DNA from: Octopus sinensis
Taxonomy: Eukaryota
DNA: 64,000 bases
Reading direction: 5' to 3'
Assembly: GCF_006345805.1 (NCBI RefSeq)
Contig: NC_043004.1
Coordinates: forward strand, 21,390,001 to 21,454,000
In this document: positions 13,436 through 27,384 of the stretch, one piece after another
How the letters are laid out: each line of letters begins with the position of its first letter
Position numbering within the stretch: position 1 is the stretch's first letter
Notes under the pieces: generated by a model
The model's database searches: none
Told to the model about the DNA's origin: nothing
What the model saw: only the letters and a program-made list of their open reading frames with translations
Position numbers and translations under genes: made by a program

Positions 13436-13652
13436 CCCTTTTACTGTGGAAATCAGATGTATCCACTCAAAATTTCATTACCCTGATCTGTGGAAAGTAG
13501 ATTTATATATTAATCCATCTTTCGTTGAGGAATGTCATGTTTGGAACTATTTTTTATTGAGATAACATGACTTGCAGAAAATACTGATTTTTTGGTAGAT
13601 ATTTCACATAATTACTGGATTAACTATGAAATCTAATTTTGCAGTTAAAGAG
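13436..13652. mobile_element. piggyBac-type MITE (degenerate)
   Basis: TTAA on both sides, imperfect TIRs cccttttactgtggaaatcagat / atctaattttgcagttaaagag. Confidence 0.55.
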
Positions 13653-13960
13653 TTAATATTGCACATATATTTTATACAGTGCAACAGAAATTTGTGATAG
13701 AATACTGAGTATATAGTAAATTGTCTTGTAGGATTGGTTGGTCAGGGCTGACTTGAGACTAAACAAGAACAACAACAATGACAACACACAGCAGCAACAA
13801 CAATACACAAAACACCATATTGAGCTGTAGTAAGTGCTGGTGTGTGATGGTAAATGATAAGTAAACAAAGCAGGCACAATTCACATAGTTTTAACTCACA
13901 TTTCACATGACTTATTCTACCTAACTAAATTAAAAGTTTAGTTAGTTCTATCATATTTAA

Positions 13961-14181
13961 CCCTTTCATTACCAACCCAGCTGAAAGTGGCTCTGGCTCT
14001 GAGTACAAATATCTTGTTTTCATAAGTTTTGAATTAAAATCTTCCAATAAACCTTAGTCACAATTTATGTTCCTAGCACTAGCTGAATGATAACTAAGTT
14101 ATTTTACAAAATTCTTTGTTTTATTTAAAGTAATTGAAAGAAACACAGAAGCATCTCAAAATAAATACAGTAACAAAAGGG
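13961..14181. mobile_element. piggyBac-type MITE, copy 1
   Basis: TTAA|CCCTTT...AAAGGG|TTAA; homologous to 24585-24803 in the opposite orientation. Confidence 0.85.
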
Positions 14182-15482
14182 TTAATGTAGTCAGTTGACA
14201 TAGTGTTAGAATTCTTGGACCATTGAGTAGAACACCTTGTAGTATTTGTCCCATTTCACCTCATTTTGACTTCAAATCCTGTTTATAGCAATTTCTTCGT
14301 TTTGAGAGTTCAAAATGTAAGCAGCACTGCATTACTAAGATCAGTTCTCTCTCTGTATCTCTCTTTCACCTGTAATTCAAAGGTTCATCTTTTTCACATA
14401 ACATCTCACTGATTCTACCTGGGAATTACATTAAAGATATTCATGACAGTGGAATACTCAGCCACTTACACGATAATTTCCCCAAACAGAAAAATCATTT
14501 AACAATTGAATGCTCATCATTGAAACAAATAGAGGAATCACCATGTATTGCTATGAAGAGAAGAAAACTTAAGAAGATAAGTACAATAGCTCAGTAAATA
14601 ATGTTATTTAAAAGACCTTGCTATGTATAGGAGGTGGGGCAAACACAATATTGGAAATATCTCAGTCTTATTGGAGTGCCTCAATTAATGACAGAATCAC
14701 TATGTTGATATAGAATAATGTACATTTGTAGGGTCAATAATTATTAGAATTATCTCAGTTCTATATTAGTTGTATGTCAGTTATATAGGTGCTGGCATGG
14801 CTGTGAAGTTGAGAAGCTTGCTTACTAATCTTGCCATCTTGAGTTCAGTTCAACTGTGCAACACCTTGGGCATAGACCCAGGCTGACCAAAGTCTTGTGA
14901 GTGGATTTTGTGTTTTTGTGAACAGAAACTGAAAGAAACCCATCGTGTGTGTGTGTGTGTGCGTGTGCTGTGGGTCTGTTTGTTGGTCTTTATGTTGCAT
15001 ATGTCCTGCGCCAAGGTTTGAGAACAGGTGTTGGTTTGTTTATCTCCCTTTAGCTTAGCAAGTTTAGCAACAGAGACCAACTAAATAAGTACCAGACTTA
15101 AAATGTTAAATACAGGGATCAATTCGTTTGACCCCCAGTATTCAATTTCTTTCACCCCAGTATTCAAGATGATGTCCCCAGCATAGCTGCAGTCCAGTAA
15201 CTGAAGCAAATAAAAGATATATCTGACTATTTGATATGGCTTATTGCTATAGTGGTAATGACAAGGTCATGATGAACGATGTTAGCACTATGATAATGCC
15301 AATAGTATAGTGTGTTGTTTGCACTTGTCTTGTGACAATCTAGTAGTTTGAAGTCATTGTGAAATCAGCAATCACACACCTCCTGTTTCTCTAAGTGTGT
15401 ATATAGAACGTATATGTTTGTGTGCATTTATACATGCACATATGAAAATATAATATATGTTTCTTTTCATTCTTTCAAATAG

Positions 15483-15499
15483 CTTAGTTTCAACGAAAA
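15483..15499 (+). CDS. Candidate 17-nt microexon (LSFNE + AA)
   Basis: Acceptor ttcttttcattctttcaaatag, donor gtgagt; phase-compatible with the 11529-11594 exon. Confidence 0.3.
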
Positions 15500-15668
15500 G
15501 TGAGTTTGGTGGAATATAATTGTAGCAACACAAGGTATAATGTAGAACTGTAGAAATGTTGCTGCATCAGAGTTTATTGTGCTGAAGAAATGACAGCTGC
15601 ATTTTCAGTATTTCCTAGAAATAATAATCGTATATTCACATGGTGAATATAAATATATAATGATGATG

Positions 15669-15707
<39 letters not shown>

Positions 15708-18700
15708 GAATTTTGAATTCACTTTTCTATACAGCTGTACATTGAATACACACAGAGAGATATACATACTGACATACATACACATATACATAAATACCTC
15801 ACACACATACACACGCACGTATGTATGTGCTTACCTGCATGCATATGTAGATGTATGGAGTAATGGGATTGGCTTAATGGGAACAGAGAAATATGCAAAA
15901 TGTTTGCCAAGTGTAGTAGTTTGAAGAATAAATTTTTTTGGTATTATTTAATGTCCAGACTATATAATACTGAATAATGCGTCATTATTTCCCCAAGCAG
16001 TAAGATATGAGGAGGTATTGGTTCAACTGGTAAAGAGAATGCTATGTTTAATTAGATGTATATAATCCATGTTAAAATAGTGAGATATAAGTATTATTTC
16101 AGGGAAAAGTTGAAGGTGGTAAACTGGTAAAACAAACAGTGTTGGAGAGAATCCCAGTAGAATATGTTTTGGTTCCTCTGCTCTAAGTTCAAATCATATG
16201 AAAATCAATTATGAATTTCCTCTTTTTGAAGTCTAGAAAAAGATATCAAGTACTGAGACACTTGTGTTGTCCTCCTCCTCCTCCTTCAGATACATATGAT
16301 TAATGTAATGGTGTCTAGTGACAATACTTTAAGGAAGGTAGTGTGAAATCAGTCTCATTCTCTCTCCTGAAAATTCCATAATCATCATACCACATGCTTT
16401 TTATCAAAAGAGTCACTAGGGTTCAGTCATTGATCTGATGCTGTAAGAATGTGAAGACAAAGGTCTTATTGTCATGCTATATGTTCCGTTCATGTAATTT
16501 AAGGATTAAAGACAGCACAAAAGTTATTTAGCAAGAATATACTACGCTGATATGATCTACAGATTAGACAAAACACAAAGAACCAAACTCTCTTGGAATC
16601 TGCTATGTTATTTTGTATGTGAAATCCAGCCAGAGGTCAATATTTTATGAATACACAGTAACTTGATTTATATTTCATATATTTATATAAATTATTGTAG
16701 CTATTTTTCTATTCTGTATTATGTTTGTAATTATAGTTATATTATAACTATATTTCAGTTTAGAAATTTTTAATATGATTTTAAAAAATGGGGCCTCTGC
16801 AGCGTCACTTGAAGTGGGTGAAATAGCAGCCAAAATTAGACTATGATCTTTATCTTTTATCATTCATCTTTTCTTTGTTTCACTCATTAGACTGCTGAGG
16901 CACAATCTTGAAAATTTTTTAGCTGATTGAATCAACCCCAATACCTTTTCTTTTAAAGCTTGGTACTTACTTGTGTTGGTTTCTTTTTCTGAATTGCTAA
17001 GTTATAGGGATGTAAACTCACCAACACTGGTTGTCAAGTGGTAGCGAGGTGCAAACACAGACACAAAGACACATATATGTATACACACACAAAAATATAT
17101 ATATATATATATATATATAAACACACACACACACACATAGGCGTAGGAGTGGCTGTGCGGTAAGTAGCTTGCTTACAAACCACATGGTTCCGGGTTCAAT
17201 CCCACTGTGTGGCACCTTGGGCAAATGTATTCTACTATAGCCTCGGGCTGACCAAAGCCTTGTGAGTGGATTTGGTAGACGAAAACTGAAAGAAGCCCAT
17301 CGTATATATGTATATGGACGAGAAAACTATGTAAAGAAGTGTTAATTTCTGTGGAGGGAGCCTGTGTAAGGGATAGCCCCAGAAAGACATGGGACGAGGT
17401 GGTGAAGCATAATCTTCAATTGTTGGGCCTCACAGAGGCAACGATATGGAACTGAAACCTTTGGTGATATGCTGTGCTTGACAAGACCCGTGAAGCCAAG
17501 TAAAATTATAGTCATGGTCAATGCCAGTGTCACATAGTTGGCACCTGTGCCAGTGGCATGTAAAAAGTACCCTTCAAACAGGGCATCATGGAAGCAATGA
17601 GAAGTGACCAAGCTGTGGTACAAGACACTTTCCCAAGCTTCCATATAGTGGGACTGAACCCAAGACCATATGGATAGGAAACAATTTCTTACCACACAGC
17701 CACACCTGGACTTATGATATAATTCAGTAAAATCAGGCTGCTTTCCCCAAACCATTTGTATACTTGATAATTATATTGATTCTCATTAACAAGTTTATCA
17801 GCTCTTTCTTTTCTGTCTTTCCCTCTCTTTATTTCATCATTTTCTCCCTCCTCTCTCTACTCACACATCATCATCATCATCGTTTAACATCCGTTTTCCA
17901 TGCTAGCATGGGTTGGACGGTTTGACTGGGGTCTGGGAAGCCAGGAGGCCGCACCAGGTTCCAGTCTGATCTGGCAGTGTTTCTACAGCTGGATGCCCTT
18001 CTTAACACCAACCAGTCTGTAAGTGTAGTGGGTGCTTTTTACATGCCATCGGCACAGGTGCCAGGGGAGGCTGACAACGGCCATGATCAGTTGGTGCTTT
18101 TTACAAGCCAAATAGAAATCCAAATTCAGTTATTGCCAATCAAGTCATAAGAGTAGAACATACACATATGCTATATATAGCATATACACAATACATGTGA
18201 ACACAGCACAATTCAGAACACAGTACAAATCTATTTTAAATCATGTTCTTTAGTCTTGAAAAAAGACATTGTTTAATATAGTCCTTAATATTGCATGTCT
18301 TCAAATAGTATTGGAATGTCATATTTGTAACGTGTTTGACCACTCTTGGCCTGTCAATTGGAATTCATCAGTGCTACTTAACAGCAGCAACTACAAGACA
18401 ATACTTCTAGAAGTTGTTTTTGTACAATGCTAGATTAACAAAGAGACAGAAATTTCAGAATTAAAATCTCATTTGGTAAAGAAGTTATTGTCTTGTCATA
18501 ATATAGGAATGTTTTAAGTGTGACACTGAAGTATAAGCTTGGGCAGTAAGAGTACTATGAATTGTGGAAAGTTACATAAAGTTATAATGGAGACAGCAAG
18601 GTGGTGATGGTGATGGTGGTGGAGTACTACTTTGGTACATTCCTATCTCAAACACTATATGAAGTCATGGAGATCTGATATAGGACAATAAGTTTAAGAC

Positions 18701-20814
18701 GTGTACAGATATATCTGTGAAGTTCAACATAAATTGTAAGAAATTTAATGACAAACTGTTAGCTCACAATCTGTTTTACAAAATAATGTTACATGAGTTT
18801 TATTGTTTGTAAACTTTGTTTGTGTATAAAAGCATCAAATATATTCTTATCTACAATGCTTGTATATGTTTCTAGTTTGCGCATGTTAAAAAATTCTTTA
18901 ATACTTTTATTTCTTTAAGAATGGTTAAATAAGAAGAGTAAATCCCAAATGTATTGAAACATTCAGAAAATAAGTAACACACATTTGATTTTCTAAATCA
19001 TATGATGGAAATAATCCCTATAAAGTAAAACCGAAAAGCAGAAAAGTATGAAAAAATGTTTTTGTGAAGCAGTATGTTCTATCTAAAAATATATACACTT
19101 TTGAAATATCTCAATAGTTTAGCTTCTGCTAGAGATATTTCCAAAGATAGCATGTTGTTTGTCAAATAGGATTACAACAGCTATCAAAACTTTTTAAAAA
19201 TTTAACATGATGGCTTGTGTTGATATTTTTCAAGCTGAGAAATTTTGTCTGAATTAATTTTTAATTAACACAACCTAGAAGGAGTAGAACTCACTTATTA
19301 CTAACAAAATGTTAAGAAAAAAAATAAAAGAAATCAAAAAGATAACAGTGAATTTATTTCAAAAGTTACTTACAAAAATATTAAGAAATATTTAGTAATC
19401 ATCTGTATGTTACAGAAACCAATACTTCAATATAACCAGCAGGGTATAAATTAATATTTATAAAAAAAATAACTGTATGAATATAAATGTTATACTTCTG
19501 TGTGTGTGTGTGTGCACATATCAACAAAAAATATTATTCACTCTCGCTTTCTCTTTCTCTCTCTCTTTCATATACACACGCGTCTATACATACCATTTCA
19601 CCCTTCAAAAGCTAATACATAGCTTTTTCACATGCAGACACTAATACAAACAATAATTTATATAAATATATTCAAACACATATGCACACACACAAACAAA
19701 AGAAACATACACATTTGACTACAAACATACATTCAAGCATTCATATGTACACAGACACACATACACATGTACACACACACACACACACATGCATACGTAC
19801 ATTCAAGTGTTCATATGTACACACTGACACACATACACATTCATACATACATACATTCAAGCATTCATATGTACACACTGACACACATACACAGGTACAC
19901 GCACACATACATACATACATTCAAGCGTTTATATGTACACACTGACACACATGTACACATACATAAATACATAATTCCAGAATATATAAAATTTCAGACA
20001 CTACTACAACAATATAAATTTATCATAAATAGAAAAACTATATTTGCATTTAGAAACCTTACCAAATACATAAGTACAGATATTTCACAATATATGATCT
20101 TGTCATATTATAGTCTAATAGTTCTCATATTTATATCATAATCATCATCCACCAAACAACCAAATGTTCATGCTTGCATAAGTCAGATAGAATATGCTGA
20201 GGTAGACCACCTTTCTCATCATCAACACTCATCTGTTCCTAAGTAATATTTTCTCATGGCCAAAAATACTTTCCTGGGAGATTGGCAAGAATGATACTAC
20301 CCATATGGTGGTGATACTTGTTTACAACAGTCATGCAATGTCAACACCAGGAGGCAAGCACACACATACATACACACAATAAAGCACATATAGACATACA
20401 AAGAAACGTAAGAATGTGTAAAGTAATTTGGTTGACAATTTCTGTCAACCAGATCTATTAATAATGTAGTTGGCATGCTGATAGTGTACAGGACACTTGC
20501 TCAAGGTGTCACATGCACATACATACGCAGTTTCTTAACCATTTAACCACTTAATCCACACTGTAAATTGGTTGTTATTTGGAAGGATATCCTGCTGTAA
20601 CAAAGACATGCCAAAACTGACTACACCTGTACTGGTGCCACATAAAAAGCACTCAGTCCACTCTACAGAATGGTTGGAGTTAGAAAGAGCATCCAGCCAT
20701 AAGAAACCATGCCAAAACAGACAGCAGAGCACAGTGCAGTCTCCTGCCTAGGTAGCTCCTGTCAAGCTATCCAACCCATGCTAGCATGGAAAACAGATGT
20801 TAAATTGATGATAT

Positions 20815-21258
20815 ATACTAAATCAAATTTCACAAAATATAATATAATATATATATATTAGAAAAAATACCATCTTTCATCAATTCAATAATGAAAAATT
20901 AGTTATTCTACCAAATATATATGTTTTATTTATTATTTTGCACATTACTTAATCATTGTTATATGTTTTATCTTTCTATAAGATGTAATTTTTCTAAATG
21001 GTATAATTTAATTTTTCATTATTGAATTGATGAAAGGTGTTTTTTTTCTGATTTTTATATATATATATATAAATCAGAAAAAAAACACCTTTCATCAATT
21101 CAATAATGAAAATTAAATTATACCATTTAGAAAAATTACATCTTATAGAAAGATAAAACATATAACAATGATTAAGTAATGTGCAAAATAATAAATAAAA
21201 CATATATATTTGGTAGAATAACTAATTTTTCATTATTGAATTGATGAAAGATGGTATT

Positions 21259-21296
<38 letters not shown>

Positions 21297-21318
21297 TTTG
21301 TGAAATTTGATTTAGTAT
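20815..21318. repeat. ~500-bp near-perfect palindrome centred on a (TA)n, with nested inverted repeats
   Basis: ~240-bp arms match apart from homopolymer/TA length differences. A ~30-bp motif occurs four times in alternating orientation. Confidence 0.95.
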
Positions 21319-21568
21319 TTCTAAATTGAATTTTTCCCTGTAAGATTGGAATAATATTCCCTCATATTATTCTATATATATATATATATGATGATTATAT
21401 ATACAGGCGTAGGAGTGGTTGTGTGGTAAGTAGCTTGCTTACGAACCACATGGTTCTGGGTTCAATCCCACTGCATGGCTCCATGGGCAAGTGTTTTCTA
21501 CTATAGCCTCGGGCCGACCAAACCCTTGTGAGTGGATTTGGTAGAGGGAAACTGACAGAAGCCCATCG

Positions 21569-21616
<48 letters not shown>

Positions 21617-21667
21617 CATGTATATGATTGTGTGTATATATATATATATATATTACAGTTATGTTGA

Positions 21668-22147
21668 AACAAGGGATACAGGAAAGCTTTGTAAAAATGA
21701 CAATTCGAGTTTAGCACACTAATTTGGATAGGATTATAATTTTTATAAGAATGGGATGGATCATATTTGAAAGCAGCTCCAGGAGTTGTGAAGAATGAAC
21801 TTGTACGTGGTCTGTTTCTGAGAGCTGTTGTATTGCACCTCTACGTAATCTGGTGTGCTAAACGTTATTTTAATGATTCAGCATTAAGTGCTACAGCATA
21901 CCTTTGCTGATCTTGGGAAAGTTTCATCTCCCTTCTCTCTTGAGACTCCATCTGATATACTGCAGCATGCCTTTGCTGATTTTAAGAAAGTCTCATCTCC
22001 CTTCTCTCTTGAGATTCCATAAGACATGCAGCAACATGCCTTTGCTGATCTTGATAAAGTCTCATGTCCTTTATCTCTTGAGACCCTTGCCTTCGGTTTT
22101 CTGCAATCCCCCTTGCTGGGGTGATTATGTTTTTTCTTTGGTGGCAT
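21668..22147 (-). pseudogene. Helitron RepHel N-terminal relic
   Basis: MPPKKK start, three 69-bp (23-aa) repeats, then after stops GAAFKYDPSHSYKNYNPIQISVLNSNCHFYKAF, resembling the AFxYD...IGxMxxxCxxCxA motif of animal Helitrons. Confidence 0.65.
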
Positions 22148-22489
22148 ATTGTATTTTTCAATATTGCGAACAAGAAAGTATGAACATAGAAAAAATATAC
22201 GTTAATCTCTATTTTTGTAAGCAGTTGTATGCATGTAGTATGTCTATATTTTTGTTTGCAGTGTAAATTAGCCAAATATAAGCAAATTGTAAATACCTCG
22301 CAACCTTGCAACTGCTGTGATAATTATGAACTGGTAATTGAATGGTAGATGTGCATTTTTATATACTTTGGACGTGCCACCTAATTATTTTATTAAGAGT
22401 TTCATGTGCAAACGCTCACACTTACAGACACATATAGTCATATACAAAATGTGATGATACACACACATACACTCTTACATACAGTCACA

Positions 22490-23310
22490 TACATATAGTA
22501 AGAGAGACACATACATACATACATGTCAGTCATCACATATGTATATGTATGTGTAGATGTGTGTGTGTTTAATAATGTACCTAATGCAGAAGCACACACA
22601 CAGTCACAGAGACATACACCCACATACATACACTCACAGACATATAGACACTCATATACAAAATGTGACATCATCATTGTCATGATATAAATTGTCATTT
22701 ACTATCTTGTATGTATCGAACGCAAAAACACAGACACAGACACATACACACTCATATAAAATGCCCTGTACTATAGTTGTGTTCAGAAAGATTATGTCTA
22801 TGAAATGTTATATTTTTAAATTGAAATGGAAAAAATTACATATTGACAGTCGTGGGGTGTAATAGTATATAGTAAGAAAGACAGACACAGACATACATTC
22901 ACACATGTCAGACGTCACATATGTATATGTATGTGTAGATGTGTGTGTGTGTTTTGAATAACGTCCTTAATGCAGAAACACACCCAGACACATACACACT
23001 CATACACTCACACACATACATTCACAGACACATAGACACTCATATACAAAAGGTGACGTCGTCGAACACAGAAACACACACACACACACGGACAGACACA
23101 TACACATTCATACATTTGCATGCATGCACATTCATATACAGACACATACACATTCATATACAAATGTGACGTTGTTGTCAAAATGTGACGTTGTTGTATA
23201 AAATGTCCTGTACTATATTTGACTATAGAAAGATTATCTCTATAAAATGTTATATTATATTAATCGAAATGGAAAAAAATTACCTGTTCATATTCGTGGG
23301 GTGTGATACT
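22490..23310. repeat. Diverged tandem duplication (~380-440-bp units), probably Helitron-associated
   Basis: catgtcag...cacatatgtatatgtatgtgtagatg at 22522 and 22904; gaaatggaaaaaattac...cgtggggtgt closes both units. Adjacent to the Helitron relic. Confidence 0.75.
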
Positions 23311-23954
23311 ATTACCTTGTAAAATTTAATTTGATTTGGTGGAGCCATTTGAGAATGCATTGGGAACAGATAGACAGAGAAACAAGGAATTTTACATATA
23401 TATAGATTTCGACAAAGAATTTTATACACATAGATTAACCAAACAGAAGCACATGTATGAACTGCTAATTTAACGCTAAATGCCACAATAATTATTACAG
23501 ATAAATTTCTTAATATATATATATTAAGCACATGCATTGAATGTTAATTTTAGGGTTAATATGTAACTCTAAATACCTTGAAACTGCTGCTATAATTATT
23601 AACTGGTAATTGAACAGTAAATGTGTATTTTCATATACCTTAGACTTAGTGTTATCACATTTGAATTAAAAGTAAAAGAACAAAAGTGAAACAATATTAT
23701 AGTCTTATCGCATTAGAATTAAAAGCGAATGAAAAAAAAGTGAAACAATATTCACTTTTGACACGTAATACGGAACCAGTCTAAAAGATTGCTCCGAGCC
23801 CACATTAGACAAGAAGTTGAAAATTGTTTTGGCCCATGACACTCCATGGACCCTATGTAATGCATGTGTAAAATTTGAATGAAATTGTTTGCGTACTTCT
23901 CAAGACAGACACACATTAAGAGCAGGATGGTGAGCGTTCAAATCGGTGAACCTA

Positions 23955-24503
23955 GACACATGATTTGTAGCTGCCAAAAAGTGTCACCAGTTTATCACTT
24001 CCCTATGTGACACAATATTGTTGCAAAAACAATGTACAATGCCATTCAGAAAAAAAGACAGTCGTGGAACAAATATAAAGAAAACCCTGTTATTGAACAC
24101 ATATACAAATATCAGCAGAAGGAATACGTGTGGAATGTTCCCATCAAGATATCTATTGAATGTGAACGTAACAGACTGGATAATTTTGTTTGGGACAAAC
24201 AAGAAGCATGTGATGTCACAGAGGTCAGCTGCCTTGCTGATGTGAATAATTCTTTGAAAATCAAAGAGAAAAGAATAACTTTAGACAACTGCTTTGGAAC
24301 CTTCAGCTTCGATATGCAGACAACAAATTCACATTTACACTAATAATTATTGGTGCACTTGGTTTTGTAAGTAAATGCCAAAGTGACAATCCAGATAAGC
24401 TAGTGTTTTCAGAAAAAGAAGTCAGGCAACTTTCATATTACAAATACAATCTATAAATGGAACAGTAAAAATATGCAAGACCTTTCTCAAGTTTAAATTG
24501 TGA
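23955..24503 (+). mobile_element. R4/Dong-like non-LTR retrotransposon 3' end (zinc-knuckle tail and restriction-like endonuclease), defective
   Basis: HMICSCQKVSPVYHFPM*HNIVAK..., NRLDNFVWDK...EVSCLAD (PD..E-like), frameshifted IIIGALG, terminal LQIQSINGTVKICKTFLKFKL*. Confidence 0.75.
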
Positions 24504-24584
24504 CATGGTTTTGTTATCTACATTCAATGATGAAACTTTGTGTCTTTGTTAGAAATCAGCTCCTTCCTCAAAGGAAGAATTTAA

Positions 24585-24803
24585 CCCTTTTGTTACCATA
24601 TACATTTTGAGATGCTCTGTATTTCTTTCAATTATTTTAAATGTGACAAAGAATTTATTTAAATAACTTAGTTATTAAGATAGTGTAAGGAACATAAATT
24701 GTGACTAAAGTTTGGTGAAAGATTTTAATTCAAAACTTATGAAAATAAGATATTTTGTACTTGAGAGCCAGAAGCGGTTTCAACTGGGTTTGTAGCGAAA
24801 GGG
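24585..24803. mobile_element. piggyBac-type MITE, copy 2
   Basis: TTAA|CCCTTT...AAAGGG|TTAA; inverted homolog of 13961-14181. Confidence 0.85.
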
Positions 24804-25377
24804 TTAAATGATTAAAAATAGAAGAGAACATCTCCCCCCCCCCACACACACATACATACTTTCATACATACATACATACAAATATGATACTTTATACAAT
24901 TCTCTTGTACCCTTCTCCCTAGAGTTATGAAAGAGATGTGGTGATAAGTAATACATATCAAGAAATTTTTGGGAAAAATTATTTAGGTAAGATAAAATAT
25001 GATAATGAAACCTTTAATATAGGCCACCTCACTACACACACACATCTCAAAATGAAGAGAAACACTCTAAGAGAGATATAGAAAGTTTGATACATATAAG
25101 CACGTATATACAACTGTTCATACATACATATACACATATGTGTTCATTCACTAATAAATTGATAAGAGTATATGATATAAAATATAATAAAGCAATAACC
25201 CAATGAAAATTAATAAAATTATATTTGCGCTGGAGTTTCAATCAACTTTGGTATCGGTTCACAGAACTGAAACCAGAACTTTATGTTCAATGGGATGAAT
25301 TTTCTTCTGGGCGATTTGCTTCTGAAATATTGGTTACCATCCTACATCCCTATCCTCCTATTTCTCTCTCTCTCTCT

Positions 25378-25424
<47 letters not shown>

Positions 25425-25845
25425 CACACACACATGCATTTATATATATTTATGTGTGTATATTTATATATATACATGTATATATATATATATGTGTGTG
25501 TGTGTGATATATACAGAGAAAGAGTGAGAAAGAGAATGAGAAACCTACTTCTATATCTAAGCTAGCTGTCTATCTATACATATGTATATATATATATATA
25601 TATACATATGTATATATATATATATATATTTATATATCCATATGCATATACACATGTATGTACAGAATATTTTTTTACCGTTATATGGTACATATCTACT
25701 GCATGAATGCAGGAACATATTAAGCTTTAAAAATCTGTTAAGTTATTTGATCACTGAAGCCATGGCTGAAAACCATCATCTCAGATATAACTAACATAAA
25801 ACATAAAACGTAATGCAGAATGTATGTATATATGTATGCATGTAA

Positions 25846-25884
<39 letters not shown>

Positions 25885-26015
25885 TATACATACAAATATA
25901 TATATATGTATATATATACATATACATATATATATAATATAGATACACACAAGAACATTCATGTATACATATATATATGCAAGAACATTCATGTGTGTGT
26001 ATGCGCGTGTGTATC

Positions 26016-26057
<42 letters not shown>

Positions 26058-26654
26058 GTAAGGATCCAAGAGAAATATGAAGTGAACAAAGAAGAAATAG
26101 AAAAAGATCTAAGTATGATTGAATTTACCAAATATGATTTTTTTTTTCTCCCTCTTTTGGGAAACAGAGATATTTTAGAACGTAATCTCTTAGATTTACT
26201 ATCTCAGCTTTCTAGCAGAAATATATATTTCTGATTTGCTTCACACATACATACATACATACATAACTGTGTGTGTGTGAGTGTGTAGATAGATACATAC
26301 ATACATAGATACATTTATGTATGCTCACAAACATATATATATATATATTTATGTCGTGCATACACACAAAGAGACACATATAAAATTTGGCATATTCATT
26401 GGAAAGCATTCTTTTGTGAAAAAGGGAATATTGGAACATCTGTAGACAAAGGATGTTTCAAAATGAGAAAATGTTCTCCACAAGTTAGAGAAATGTTGAA
26501 GCCAATCTATCTTGGTAAAAATGGTAAAATACAGGCACTACATTAACACCTATCCTTTTCCAGACATGGAATATTTAACGGTGCATTGAAAATAATCTTC
26601 AGTCATTAGTTGCAGACAAGAGATGGAACATGGATGAGGATAGCTGCATATAGT

Positions 26655-26958
26655 GGAGGTACCTGGTCTAGTGGTTAGAGCAGTGAACTCGCGATCGAGG
26701 GATCGTGGGTTCGAATCTCAGCCCAGGCGATGTGTGTGTTTATGAGCGAAACACCTAAGCTCCACGCGGCTCTGGCAGAAGGTAATTGCGAACTTCTGCT
26801 GACACTTTCACCACAACTTTCTCTCACTCTTTCCTCCTGCATCATGCAGCTCACCTGCAACAGACTGGCATCCTGTCCAGGTGGGGAACCTATACGCCAA
26901 GGAAACCGGAAAACTGGCCCTTATGAGCTAGACATGGCTCGAGAAGGAGCAAACACAA
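26655..26958 (+). mobile_element. tRNA-derived SINE, second family
   Basis: A box (tagtgg) and B box (ggttcgaatc) head plus body; second copy at ~34077-34368 on the minus strand. Confidence 0.85.
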
Positions 26959-27384
26959 TAGCTGCATAAAGAAGTACTGATCTCTAATGGTGGAAGTAAC
27001 CTCTAAAAGAAGTAGACCTAGGAAGACGTAGGTTGAGGTGGTGAAATATGATCTATGCATGTTGAGTCTTATGAACGTGATGTCAAGTAAGACATGTCAA
27101 ACTAAGAGAAATCATAGTTGTGGCCAGTGCTGGTGACACACAAAAGGCCCCCATACCAGTGATATGTAAAGGGCACCTGGTACTCGCTGTGGAGTGGTTG
27201 GTGTTAGGAAGGGCATCCAGCTATTGAAACCAAGCCAAAACAGACTGGAGCCTTGTGAAGCTCTCTGACTTACTCATCCCTGCCTAACCATCTAACCTAT
27301 GCCAGCATGGAAATGGATGCTAAATGATGAAGATATGTAAGTATACATAAACATGCACACACACAGACATATATATGTATATAT

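Noticed and set aside
24032-24343. 103-aa ORF as a host gene
   Set aside because: Flanking frames complete an R4/Dong-type RLE domain with stops and frameshifts.
25225-25360. CpG-containing coding-like segment
   Set aside because: No consistent splice sites or recognisable motif in any frame.
26655-26730. tRNA-like sequences (also 34290-34368 and 46984-47060)
   Set aside because: They are SINE heads: no complete cloverleaf or acceptor stem, and each is followed by a SINE body.
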